Below are positions 1 to 13,124 of a DNA stretch of 64,000 bases, piece by piece (position 1 is the first letter of the stretch; each line of letters opens with the position of its first letter). A program made the translations under genes and the position numbers. Under the pieces are notes generated by a model. It was not told where the DNA came from, ran no database searches, and saw only the letters and a list, made by a program, of their open reading frames with translations. This stretch comes from Octopus sinensis (lineage: Eukaryota). The stretch covers positions 43,090,001 through 43,154,000 of the forward strand of contig NC_043013.1 in assembly GCF_006345805.1 (NCBI RefSeq), read 5' to 3'.

Positions 1-67
1 ACTGCTTCATGTACTCTTCTTAACCTTGCTTTATACCTCTGTTGTTTCCTTTACTCTCTCTGAATCC

Positions 68-294
68 TGTTTCTTTACTACCCACAAGGGGCTAAACACA
101 GAGGGGACAAACAAGAACAGACAAATGGATTAAGTCGATTACATCGACCCCAGTGCATAACTGGTACTTAATTTATCAACCCCGAAAGGATGAAAGGCAA
201 AGTCGACCTCGGCGGAATTCGAACTCAGAACGTAACGGCAGATGAAATACGGCTACGCATTTCGCTCGGCGTGCTAACGGTTCTGCCAGCTCAC
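68..294 (-). mobile_element. tRNA-derived SINE (family B) with 10-bp target-site duplication
   Basis: Head ...gagctggcagaaccgttagc on the minus strand with B-box-like gagttcgaattc. CTCTGAATCC flanks both sides (58-67 and 295-304). Related copies at about 14415-14580, 33737-33960, 45065-45360 and 53185-53350. Confidence 0.85.
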
Positions 295-1267
295 CTCTGA
301 ATCCCTGTTACTGCTGTTATGTTAGTGTCTTCACCGGTAAGAAGACCCTATTTATGTTTGTATTTGGAGCATGTAGAGTTGATGGACCTGCTCCTCCTTC
401 GTATCTTCTCTCCTTCCTTAAAAAAACTGTTCGGGTGGATTGAACATATGAGGGACAAATGGTCTGTTGGCATATAGCTTTCAGATTTGTTGGGGTTTAC
501 TAACTTCCCTGGTTATGTCATCAAAACAGCCTACTGTAGTGAGATGTTGGTTTATATCTTAGCAATGTCTCAATTTGTTGAGACTAACCTATTTCTTAAA
601 CTTTCGGTGCTTTTGACTCCCTAGTCAGTCACCATGTGTAATTATGATTCTTCAAAATTGTACATAACATAAATTTGAAAAAAATTTTAGATAAAAGGGA
701 AAACTGAAAACCTTTTTGAATTTAATATCATCCTCCTTTTCCAGACTCTCTCCATGTTGGTATGGTTTCTATGACTGCATGTCCTTCCTAATGCCAACCA
801 CTTTTGTTATGGAGCGTACTGAATGCGTTTTTATTGGCACCATCACTAGAAAGATTTTCGATAGGGTTGAGAACTGGTGATAAAGTTCCTAGCCATCATC
901 ACAGTCGTACCTCTTTTATTTCTATTAAAAAGTGTGTTTCAAAGCTAACTACTTTCTCCAATAAACTCTTTATTATATCTTTCCCAATGGGAACATATCA
1001 ATGTTCCTACACACAACAAAAGTTATGCTGCTACTTTGACATCCAGGAAGCTTTCGACTGTTTCTCAAACTATAAACTTAGACTTAAAATACTGGTCACT
1101 GAGCTTCACACAGAGCTTCACTGGAACTTCTCTGTTTTGATGGGGATTTTTTTTTTTCCATTAGGCCATGGAGTAGGATTTTAACTCAGAATGCAAAGCG
1201 CAGGAATAAATAAATACAGGGACGTAAACACATCAGCATCAGTTGTCAAGCGATGGTGGGGACAAAC

Positions 1268-2270
1268 ACATACTAGCTGTAAAAAAAAATGTGTAGAATA
1301 CGAATACGAAAAAAATATTTTTGCACAAACGAATGGGTGGGGAGAGGACCTTTGGAAAATTCACAAGATCCGATTTTTCCCTCATAACTTACTGGAAAAT
1401 GGATATATATTATTAAAATTTTAGAAACATCGTTCAAATGGCACAAATTACGATTATAAAGAAGTTTGTGGGGGAAATATTTTCCGATGGGATGGGAGAG
1501 AACTGTCAGAAAATTCACACGATCCGGTTTTTTTCCTCCTCATAACTATCAGGAAAATGGATATCTTTTGATGAAATTTTACAGAAATACCTTTCAAACA
1601 GCATAGATTATGGTTAAAAAGAAATTTGTGGGAAAAATGTTTTCCGAAGGGGTGGGGAGAGTATTGTCGGAAAGTTCACACGATCAGTTTTCCCCTCTCA
1701 TAACTTTCAGGATCTAGTTTAGTGCCTGGTCACCAAAACGACAAAAAAAAAAAGACTATTAGGTGTAAAAAAATGTGTACAAAACGAATATGAGAAAAAA
1801 AATTACGCAAACAAACGGAGGTGGGGGAGATGACTTCAGAAAATTCACACGATCTGATTTTTTCCCTCATAACTTTCAGGAAAATGGATATTTTTCAATG
1901 GGGAAAAAATTTGGAAAAATCCCCGTCAAAATGGAGAAATTCCAACTTTCCTAATCTGAAACTCCTCTCCCCACCCAGAAAAAAATTCCTGCAAATTTCT
2001 TTATAATCGTAATCTATGCCGTTTGGAAGGTATTTGTATAAACTTTCATTTTCCTGAAAGTTATGAGGGAATAAATTCGGGTCATGTGAATTTTCTGAAA
2101 CTTCTCGAAAAATTCTTTCCAACAAATCCCTATATACTCTGAATCTACAGCATCTAAGAATTTGATGAGAATTTTGTTAGAAAGTATCCATTTTTTTACC
2201 GGTGGGGGTGAGATATGCCTTTGTTTATATTTTACACTTTTTGTACCCTTGGAAACGCACATACGCTCCT
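1268..2270. repeat. Diverged array of ~165-bp units with an inverted distal part (foldback/MITE-like dispersed repeat)
   Basis: Recurrent aaaattcacacgatc...ctcataactttcaggaaaatggatat motif at about 1355, 1510, 1675 and 1840, inverted at about 2045-2100. A related piece lies at 4790-4890. Confidence 0.7.
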
Positions 2271-2397
2271 GATATTGTTCTGACAAGATATTGGGTACCT
2301 AGCACTTATTAACTACTGTTCCTGTAGTTTCTGCCTTTTTCACCTAACTCTCTAAAAATAGCAGAAGAATCTTCACAGAATTTCAGATGCAGAACCT

Positions 2398-2844
2398 GTG
2401 TTTTTATGGGGGACTGGAGGTGCAATGAATGATTTTATCAACTACAAGCAACCAGATGTTGATATATTTTATATCATCAGGCAGGGCGCCACAATTGGCT
2501 CATTAACTCAAAAAGCATGTTATATTCTCACTTCTTTGCCTGTTCATAAACAATTATTCATTAAGATTGCAGTAGGTATTAATGCTATGCTAACTAAAAA
2601 TTCATCTGGTGTTATCCACTTGTCGTCCCTCACAATTGAGGATATTGTTCATAAATTGAAAAATTTCAATTCAAATGTTGAATCTGTCAACTCATCAACA
2701 GTTGATGGATTTATCACCATTCCCACTGCCAACTTATGTCACATTAATAACACTTTTACTAAATCTGGTGTTCTTAAAACAACTGAACAGCAAAGATTAA
2801 ATAGCTACATTATTAGGTTCATGGACAGTTTCCTGGCACCAATG
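2398..2844 (+). pseudogene. Truncated SGNH/GDSL-hydrolase-like ORF, probably LINE ORF1 esterase relic
   Basis: RQGATIGSL and IKIAVGINAML resemble SGNH blocks II and III. The ORF is cut at 2845 by a MITE. Family assignment is from motif memory only. Confidence 0.4.
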
Positions 2845-3398
2845 GGATGTTTTCGGTTTGACCGACAGTTTTTTAAAAATAATTTCCACGTAACTAAACA
2901 CTTTTAAACTTCGTATACTGGTAGAATGTGTTTATAAAACATCTTTTTCTCTTGGCTTTATTGAGAAAATTCTATGGTTTGTAAGATATTTGTTGCTTTT
3001 TTTTTTCTTCAATTTCTGCAATTTCAACCAAACAATGACGTCTATTGAGGTAAAAAAAACATTCTGTGCCGTATGAATATGTCCCTCGTTTAAGAAACAG
3101 ATTGGGTTTATTTACATTTCTGAAGAAAAAAAAAGATACCCTTCCCCCCACCCCTAACCCTAAAACAGATTGAAATGCAATAGATCGATATTAGGGTCAA
3201 TAGACGTCATTGATTGGTTGAAATTGCAGAAATTGAAGAAACGAAAAACAACAAATATCTTACAAACTATAGAATTTTCTCAATAAAGCCAAGAGAAAAA
3301 GATGTTTTATAAACACATTCTACCAGTATACGAAATTTATAAGTGTTTAGTTACGTGGAAATTATTTTAAAAAACTGCCGTTCAAACCGAAAAGATCC
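2845..3398. mobile_element. Merlin-like MITE, foldback variant with ~200-bp inverted arms, no TSD
   Basis: Starts GGATGTTTTCGG and ends CCGAAAAGATCC. Same family as 36637-37053. The flanks caccaatg and tcgacctt differ. Confidence 0.8.
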
Positions 3399-3899
3399 TC
3401 GACCTTTTGCAATCTGAGTTCAAATCCCGATGAGACCAACTTTGCTTTAACCCTTTCTGCGTCGACGAAAAAGTATTCGTCAAAATTGTCGGGTTGTTGA
3501 AACTGTAAGGACGTTGGATCGGATGCTTTGCGCTATTTATTCTTACGCCTTGCATTCTGAGTTAAAATCCTACCCAATGGTCTAAGAGGTAATACGTCCC
3601 TCAGTTTAACACCGCTATTTGTACTTTGGAATGCGGCTTTTGAGCTGGCGAGGAACTTTACTATATTTCAAGAGTCAAGAATCCCCGCCTCCCAAAAAAT
3701 ACAGGTCCTGCCATCTAGTGCTCAAAAGAACAGCTTAAAAGGGGAGTTAACTACTACTTAAAACTAACCTTCAACTTCATATCGTAGATGGCTTTAGGAA
3801 GCTGGAAGATTGCATCTTGACAAGATTATTGGGATTGAACGTCCAGAAAAGATAGGTAAGCAATATTATTTCCTGTTAAATATCCACATAGAGAATAAA

Positions 3900-4113
3900 C
3901 GAATCCGACATGCGTCTGTGCGACACATACATGTTCGTACGAACGCACGGGTGTTGGAAGGTAGAATTCTGTTTCACTTAACGCCATTTACTCGCAGCAT
4001 AACTTTTTTATTATTTTCAGGAATTTTCAGAAGGTTTTTGCGAATTTGTGTTTTACACACGGGATGCAAAACCAAGAATAAAAAAAAAAAGATTTTTTGG
4101 TGTGTGTTTTAAG
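3900..4113 (+). promoter_or_regulatory. Candidate promoter / 5'UTR exons of the SAFB-like gene
   Basis: Locally CpG-rich, with a YY1-like cgccattt near 3982 and a possible 60-nt GT-AG intron at 3961-4020 with a pyrimidine tract. No transcript evidence. Confidence 0.3.
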
Positions 4114-5277
4114 GTCTATTTAGCTGTTATTTTTAGCCTATCTCACGACCACTTGATTACCCTTCTCCCCGGAAGATCGCCCACCTTTCTTTGTCACTCT
4201 GATGAATGTTGTTTTTTAAGTATCTTTCTTCTTAACAAACACATTTAATATAGTCTGTTGTGCTTGGATTTAATCAATAAATTCGGTCTCCGATTTTTTT
4301 AAATAAATTTGAAAAAAATGCATTTTTCATGGTTGTATGAATTACCACGTGTAGAATAAAAAAAATGAAATTCGTTAACATTTTCTGGAAAAAAAAATAA
4401 AGGTCGTTTACATAAGTTACAGTTTGTGTTTTGACTGGGAGTTTTCAGATTTTTTTTTTAACGGTTACAATTGGAAATAATGGAGCAAAAAAAAAATTTG
4501 GTCGATTTTGTGGACACTACGCACTTAAAAACGAGGGGAGAAATTTTCCCATTAAAAAAAAAAAATTAAACTCTAATATTTATGAATTTATTAGAATACA
4601 TGACATTTTAAAAAATATCTTTTGTTTGAGTGTGTGGCTGTGGTAACAAGCTTGCGTCCTAACCATATGGTTCAAGGTTCAGTCCCACTGCATGGCACCT
4701 TGGGAAAGTGTCTTCTAAAAGCTAAGGCCGTTCAATATAAAGATCTTCACCCAGGAATTAAAAAAAAAACCAGCCTGGTGGGTGTTAACAAGTATGTAGA
4801 AAACGAATATGAAAAAATGCCGCGCTGACGACAGTGGAGGGTGGATGGGGAGGGGACTTTCTGTCATAACTTCCGGTAAAATGGATATATGTTTATATAT
4901 ATATGTATATGTATATGTATATTGATTTTTTTTTTACGGAATCCCACGTTTTTGGTTATGGAGGATCCGATTCTGAAAAAAAAATTTTTTTTTTTAAATC
5001 GCATTTTAAAAATTTCAATTACTGCGGGAAATTATTCTGAAAGAAATCTTTGCAGAAAGATATGAGTAGATTGATTACATTATGTTATCACGGTTTTGTG
5101 AGATTTGACTGTTGTTTCTAGCATGTGGCTAGCCTGCTTGAAGGCCTGTGGTGTAGAGATATATATATATATATATATATATATTTGTAAAATTTCAATT
5201 TTTTTCAAGAAAGAATATATATATATATATAAACTTACTGGCGTTGTTTGTCAACAACAACTATCGGCGGTGTATTA

Positions 5278-5315
5278 TTCGTTTGTCACTGTTATAAATA
5301 ACAGTGACAAACGAA
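5278..5315. repeat. Perfect 18-bp-arm palindrome inside a larger inverted repeat (about 5234-5612)
   Basis: ttcgtttgtcactgttat-aa-ataacagtgacaaacgaa. Confidence 0.9.
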
Positions 5316-6096
5316 AAATCGTGCGTTTGTACTGGTTTTAGGGTTACGGAAAAAAGTGAAAAAGAAATTTGAGGTGGGTAGGGGGAAAAAAGTCTTTCCA
5401 AAAATAGTAGCTGAAAAACAGGAAAAAAAAGAAAACAAACTAAAAGCGGTAGAAATGCACGAATGATTGTGGTGGTGCCATGAAGTAAACATGCTTCAGA
5501 TACACTCGCTTATTCATACAAACATAACTGAGATGAAATATGTCATAAATAACAGTGACAAGCGAAATATACACCGCCAGAAGTTGTTGTTGACAAACAA
5601 CAGCAGTAATTTTATTAAGCTGAATACACGTCATTGATTGGTTGAAATTACCGAAATACGACAACTTTAACACAAAATAACTTTGAAAATACAAACTTTT
5701 CTCAACAACACTAAGAGTAAAATATGTTTTATATACCGGTGTCCGAAGTTTGAAAGTGCTTAGTTACAAAAAATTAATTTCTCGATCTGCTGTTCAAAGG
5801 GTAAAGATACAAAAAAGAAAAAAAAAATCAATATATATTCATTTTACCGAAAGTTATGACGGGTGAAGATCTTTATATTGACTCCAAAGCCTTGTAAGTG
5901 GATTTCGTAGACATAAACTGAAAGAAGCCTGTCGTGTATGTACATATATATATATGTGTGTGTCTTTGTATCTGTGTTGACAATTGGTGTTTATGTCCCC
6001 GTAACTTAGCTGTTTGGCATAATGACCTATAAGGTAAATACTAGGCAGTGCTCCAGTATGGCCGCAGTCAAATGACTGAAGCAAATAAAAGAACAC

Positions 6097-6127
<31 letters not shown>

Positions 6128-6324
6128 ATGCGCAGGGTGTGTGGTAAGAAACTTGCTTCCCAACACGGAACCATGTGGTTCCGAGTTCAGTCCCAGTGTC
6201 GCACCTTGAGCAAGTGTATTCTACTATACCCTCAGGCTGCCCAAAACCTTGTGAGTGGATATGGTAGATGGAAGCTGGAAGAAGCCTGTCGTGTGTGTAT
6301 GTATATATATATCAAATCAAATCA

Positions 6325-7072
6325 AATCAAAATAGATGAACATCAATGGAATTTGTATCTTTGTGGTACCAGTGCCGGTGGCACACAAGAAAACCATCCG
6401 AACGTGGCCGTAGCCAGTACCACATCGACTGGCCTCCGTGCTGTGGGCACGTAACAAACACCATCCGATCGTGGCCATTCGCCAGCCTCATCTGGCACCT
6501 GTGTCGGTGGCACATAAAAACACCATCCAAAGACCCGGCAAGACTAGTCAGGCCATAACCCGTGGCCCCTACCTGGGACGTAGTCAGTCCACCTGTGCAT
6601 ACCTTCCTTCTTGTGACACTTGTGAAGACCTGTTGAGGCAAGTGAAAATCAAAACAAATCAAAATAGATGAACATCAATGGAATTTGTATCTTTGTGGTA
6701 CCAGTGCCGGTGGCACACAAAAGCATCCGAACGTGGCCGTAGCCAGTACCGCATCGACTGGCCTCCGTGCTGTGGGCACGTAACAAACACCATCCGATCG
6801 TGGCCGTTCGCCAGCCTCGTCTGGCACCTGTGTCGGTGGCACATAAAAAACACCATCCGAAGTGGCCGTGGCCAGCCTCGTCTGGCACCTGTGTCGGTGG
6901 CACATAAAATCACCCACTACACTCTCGGAGTGGTTGGCGTTAGGAAGGGCATCCAGCTGTAGAAACACTGCCAGATCTGACTGGCCTGGTGCAGCCTTCG
7001 GGCTCCCCAGACCCCAGTTGAACCGTCCAACCCATGCTAGCATGGAAAGCGGACGTTAAATGATGATGATGA
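6325..7072 (+). mobile_element. RTE LINE 3'UTR fragment with internal ~330-bp tandem duplication and (GAT)n tail
   Basis: Same sequence as the 3'UTR following the RTE ORF end at 53980-54711. The block starting caaaatagatgaacatc occurs at about 6329 and about 6660. Confidence 0.8.
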
Positions 7073-7870
7073 GATATATATATATACACATACACACACA
7101 CACTCTTTACTCTCTTTTATTCTTTTACTTGTTTCAGTCATTTGACTGTGGCCATGCTGCAAGCATGCTGGTGTGCCTCAATGGCCATTAAAGGGGTTTT
7201 TCCAGCGCCCTCAACTTTTCATCAAAAGGTTGTGAATTGTTTTGTTTGTTTTTGTTTTTTTCTTTTTAATTTTTTTCATTTTTCTTTTTGTTTTGTCCAA
7301 TTTTCTAATTTAATTTTGTAAAATAGTAAACACTGAAGGCAGGCAATATGATAATAGTGTAAAAAAAAAAAAGATTGCAATATATTATTCCTTGGCTAAA
7401 AGTTTGGAACGTCAGTCTGAAAATTAGAATTTTTGTATTAAATGCTCAAATGTATGCATTGTATAGTTTTGAATCAAATTGTACTTGGGCATAAATATTT
7501 TGATTTTTAAAAAAATGTTCCAAACTTTTGGATACGACTGTAGAAAATGGTAATCAACGGCGTCCATAGGTAAAAAAATGGTTGAGAGCCCCTGATTTAA
7601 AGTATTGACACAGCATAGTCTGTTGATGAGTAAGATTAAACAAGTTTTCATTTTCTGTCAACTGTTTTTTTTTTCCAGAATTGACTTTCTGTAGCATTGT
7701 CTGAATAGTCATCTTCATCCTCCAGGAAATCATACCAAAGGAGAAAAAAATAGGAAATTTCAACTCCAGCATAAATTTGTGGTCAAAACAGCGCTCTCTC
7801 AGATAGTTTATCTCCAACACCTACCTGCGTTCTGTGTAAAGCTCCATTTGCATTGAAAGACACAATCAAC

Positions 7871-8106
7871 ATGGAAACTTCCCCCGTTGAACAGAGTGAG
7901 AAAAATGTTTCAATGATTGTACATGTTGATGACACACAAAGTGATCTAGAAGCTGATCTTGTGGCATCAGAGACGAATAATGAAGAAATGAGCACAACGG
8001 GAAGTGAAGATTCAGATGGCGGAAGTGAAACGGAAAAAATAACTGAAGAAAAGGCTAAGAAGGAAACAGAGCAAACAAAGAAGAAAGGTCATGTTAGGCC
8101 AAAAAG
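7871..8106 (+). CDS. SAFB-like gene, acidic N-terminal exon (start ATG tentative; alternative donor after 8087)
   Basis: caacATGG context; METSPVEQSEKNVSMIVHVDDTQSDLEADL...KKKGHVRPK; donor AAG|GTTGGT. Confidence 0.6.
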
Positions 8107-8191
8107 GTTGGTTTCCTTGTCATCTTTCCTACTGCTTTGATTTAAAGATGTTATTAGTTAAATGATCTTACTTCTCGGTATATATATATAT

Positions 8192-8238
<47 letters not shown>

Positions 8239-8408
8239 ATTAGGGAGTATGTCCAAACTTACAGGGGGAAATTAGATTTAGGATTAAATCAAATTTCACA
8301 GTATAAATATAAATTAAATTAGAAATAAAACCACTCAAACAGTGATAGACATTTTATTAGACAACTTGCCTAATAGTGGTTTTATCTCTATTTTAATTTA
8401 ATTTAATT

Positions 8409-8467
<59 letters not shown>

Positions 8468-8630
8468 ATTAGGGAGTATGTCCAAACTTACAGGGGGAAA
8501 TTAGATTTAGGATTAAATCAAATTTCACAGTATAAATATAAATTAAATTAGAAATAAAACCACTCAAACAGTGATAGACATTTTATTAGACAACTTGCCT
8601 AATAGTGGTTTTATCTCTATTTTAATTTAA

Positions 8631-8681
<51 letters not shown>

Positions 8682-10144
8682 CAAATAAGAAAATGGAGAA
8701 GCACATTAGTTGGTTCATCAACTTTAGAACATTAAAATGTTGACTTATTTATTTATCAAAACGACAACCATAATAACATACATACATATAGTATATTATT
8801 CAATGCATATAAGATAAGAATACAAGCAGTTATTTAAAAACATGAAAATAAATTATCAAAATCACTTACAGCTGTTTCAGCCTATAGATAATAGCAACTC
8901 ATTGTGCCTATATTAGTCAAGTGTATTGAGGTGATAGGCAGTTGAAAATGAGGTACTTGTTTCTCTTGTTTACTCTTGTGGGTTTGAACTTGAACCCACA
9001 AAAGTAAACAAGAGAGAGAGAGAAACAAGGAAAATGCCACTTGTATTTGAACACTATGCAAATATTCTTTTAAAAAACTTTTCTTTTAATTTTACCAAAA
9101 GTTAACTGTTTTCCATACTTAAAGTTGAAAAAGTTTCAATGACTGAAACCGGTACTGAAATGTTTTTTATAAAATTATTTTAGCATTTTCTATCTTGACT
9201 TTTTTCTCCATATACATATGTGTGTGTGTATGTATTAAAGGCGGTGCTCCAGCATGGCTGCAGTCAAATGACTAAAACAAGTAAAAGAAAAAAATGACTA
9301 ATAATGGACTCTCCTGTCGTTAGATGATGTATGAGGGTTCAACAATTTCTTACCAAACAACCACACAGATGATTTGTGCCGGTGGCATGTAAAAAGCACC
9401 ATCTGATTGTGGCCGTTGCCAGCCTCGCCTGGCCCCCGTGCCGGTGGCACGTAAAGAGCACCATCCGACCATGGTGCTTTTTACGTCTGGCACGTAAAAA
9501 GCACCCACTACACTCATGGAGTGGTTGGCGTTAGGAAGGGCATCCAGCCGTAGAAACATTGCCAGATCAGACTGGGCCTGGTGCAGCCTTCTGGCTTCCC
9601 AGACCCCAGTTGAACCGTCCAACCCATGCTAGCATGGAAAGCGGGTGCTAAATGATGATGATGATGATCAAATGTTTGTTTAGACATAAGCTCACTGCCT
9701 CTATCAAATCAACATTACCTGTACAGGTGCAACAGATGTTGAAACGATCGCATAGCAACACACCGCAATGCCTGGTCTGGGAATTAAACCCACAATCTTG
9801 CAATCGTGAGTGCAACACCCTAACCACTGAGCCATGCCTCTTCGCATTTCTCGGTATATACATGTGTGTTTTATTTTAACCTTAAGCTAACCTGTATCAT
9901 CATCATTGTTTTAGTGTCCACTTTTCCATGCTTGCATGTGTCGGAGGAAGTTTATTGAGGCAGGTTTTCTCTGGCCGGATGTTCTTTCACTTGACAACCC
10001 TCACCTGTTTTCAAGCAAGGAGTGGAATTTCCCACTAGCCACACATGATTTTGCAGAATACTGAAAACAAGTGAGACAGCTTGCGTGACAGGGACTCTCA
10101 TTTACAACTATCACGATATCAAGACTAGGAGGAACAAATATATA

Positions 10145-10180
<36 letters not shown>

Positions 10181-10382
10181 CCTTATTTAAAAGCAGTAGA
10201 AATTTAACAAAAGCTGTTACTTGGAGTTTCACGTTCTCGTTTGTGTCCGACGAACGGGAATGTGAAACTCCGAGTAACAGCTTTTGTTAAATTTCTGCTG
10301 CTTTTAAATGAAGTATATTATTCTACTTCTGGTATTTGAGTACTCTTTTTTCCACCTTGTTTCACATTTTTGTGTTTATTCC

Positions 10383-10424
<42 letters not shown>

Positions 10425-13076
10425 TATACATAGATATATATACACACATATACATAGACGTAGGAGTGGCTGTGTGGTAAGTAGCTTACTTACCAACCAC
10501 ATGGTTCCGAGTTCAGTCCCACTGTGTGGCACCTTGGGCAAGTGTCGTGTACTATAGCCTCAGGCTGACCAAAGCCTTGTGAGTGGATTTGGTAGACGGA
10601 AACTGAAAGAAGCCCGTCGTATATATATATGTGTGTGTGTGTGTGTGCACATTTGTGTGCCTGTTTATCCCCCCATATCACTTAACAACCGATGCTGGTG
10701 TGCTTACGTCATTGTAACTTAGTCGTTCAGCAAAAGAGATCGATAGAATAAGTACTGGGGTTGATTTACTCGACTAAAGGGGGTGCTCCAGCATGGCCAC
10801 AGTCAAATGCCTGAAACAAGTAAAAGAGAGTAAAGATATATATTTATATATATATATGACTGATACATTGGTATATTTAACTTTAAGACTAATATTCATT
10901 GATCCATGACAGAATATATGCTTATTTCAATTGTTGAACCTATCTGAAATTCCCCATGGCATTTTTTTATACTTTTGCATCTTGGGTCTTTTATATGAGC
11001 ACTTCAGACTACTGCCTATACAATAAATAAAGAAACTTTACTATATATATATATATATATATATTTACTATATATATATATATATTTATTCAAACAGGCT
11101 TACTTTGGTTTCCTTCTACTAAACCCACTCACAAGGCTTTGGTCAGCTCAGGGGTATTGTAGAGGACAGTTGCTCAAGGTGTCACTGTGGAAGCATGTGG
11201 CTTAGTGGTTAGGATGTTGGACTTGTGATTGTAAGATTGTGGTTTCGATTCCTGAACTGGGCACCGCGTTGTGTTCTAGAGCAAAACACTTCATTTCATG
11301 TTGTACATGCATACATACTCAAATATATATATATATATATACACTACTTATTTATTTGTTAACTTCAATATATCTCTACCTGGTTGTTTAGATTGAGAAA
11401 CTTGATGTAAAGTTGCATAATATAGATTTGTTTCTAATTTTATTTTATTTGAATGCTGAAATAACATTTCTATTCTGTCTCTTAGCATTCAGAATTCGTT
11501 ATATTTTTTGATATTTCTAAACATTTGTTTTATTGTTGTAGGGATCAGTCGAACGTTGACAGACGTAAGTTTTTTAATTTTTTACTTGAATGTTTTCTTT
11601 CTTTCTAAGCTTATTGTAACAGTTTGAGATATTTGAAATTTGAACATAAGCAGGAGAGTTGTGTTTCATATTTATTGGTTCATTTCATATGTATAATACA
11701 CACACACACACATAGGGTGTCCCTAAAGTCTGGACACTAGGAAATCTCATGTTGGTGGGGGCCACTTTTTCTTCAGTGAACATGTAACAGATGCGACTTA
11801 TCTCACCATGTTGAGAAACCAGTTAATGCCCCAACTTGAAAGGCTAGGTGAAGAACTTTGAGTGGTTCCAACAAGATGACAGCCCTGCCCATTTCACCAC
11901 AGTGGTAAGAAATTGGTTGAATGACAATTTCCCTAACTGGATTGGAAGATGTGGCCATGTGGAGTGATCTCCTTGTTCACCAGATCTTAGCCTCCTTGAC
12001 TTCTTTTTTTTCTTTCTGAGGTGTGCTGAGGGAGAAAGTGTACTGACTGAAAGTCACAGTTGCAACACACACTTGATATAAGAGTGAATGTGCTCAAATT
12101 GATGGCAGTGTAAAGTTAATACATCGGGTTCACGTAAATCTTGCAAAATGCATCAACCTTTGCATCAGAAATGGTGGAAATTATATTGAAGATGTTATTT
12201 GTTAATCTTCCAATTGTATAGAATATTGCTGAAAATTTTATGTGTATTTTGTGAAAATATACATTTTGCCTATGTGTCCAGACTTTAGGCACACCCTATA
12301 TGTGTGTGTGTGTGTGTATTTTATTTATTTATTTATTTATTTATTTATTGAATGTTTTCCTGCATTTAATAGCTCGCAACCACCGTTGGAATTTGAGGAT
12401 CACAGGTCTTCCTTCAAATACCTGTTTGGATGAACTGAAAAGGCTTTGTAGCCAGTACGGCACAGTATGTTGAATGAAATTTTGTTCTTCATTTTCATTT
12501 GATGCTTTTATTATTGAATTAATGATAGTAATTACTCATTAGTACTTATATTCAAAATACCAACAGCAACCTAGTATGTGTATGTGTTATGTATCTCCCA
12601 TTTATGAAAGCCTTACTGATAGTTGCTAAGAAGAGAGACAGAATCAAAATGCTGGAGGTGTTTTCTTAATGATATTTGACAATGTAGTTGTATATGCTTA
12701 GTTAGGCAAGTATGTTTAATTTTGCTCTTGTCTTTTGTTGTCAGTGGTGGGTAAATCACACCAATCACTCATTCTGAACTACAAGTGTTTTTGGTAGTTT
12801 GCTCTCTTGTGAAAATACAATGAAGCTTCCTCTCATCATGATCTGTTACTCCAACACTTTGTATATTCTCTAGATTACACAAAATAACATTAAATCTCAT
12901 AAACAATTTTCTTTAACAGTTCTCTATTTGATTGCAAACAGCAGCTCTTACTAACAGGCTAGCTACACTCTGTTCTTATCTAAGACCCAGATCTCTCAAT
13001 CTTCATTCCAATATCCAAACTTTGCTCTGATAGGTGATATTTGTACATCTGTTGAATTCACTCTCCTTGTCGTTCT

Positions 13077-13124
<48 letters not shown>

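Noticed and set aside
804-1184. 126-aa ORF
   Set aside because: No recognisable motif, no splice context, non-ATG start.
3150-3165. CCCTAA telomere-like repeats (also about 36935 and 55046)
   Set aside because: Only 2-3 units and internal to a MITE; not an interstitial telomere.
6327-7059. Cluster of overlapping ORFs in RTE 3'UTR repeats (also 43595-44029, 53886-54666, 60581-60960)
   Set aside because: Stop-poor repeat sequence, not genes.
9143-9160. GAAACCGGTA half-hammerhead
   Set aside because: No CUGANGA core with a matching stem I or II found upstream.
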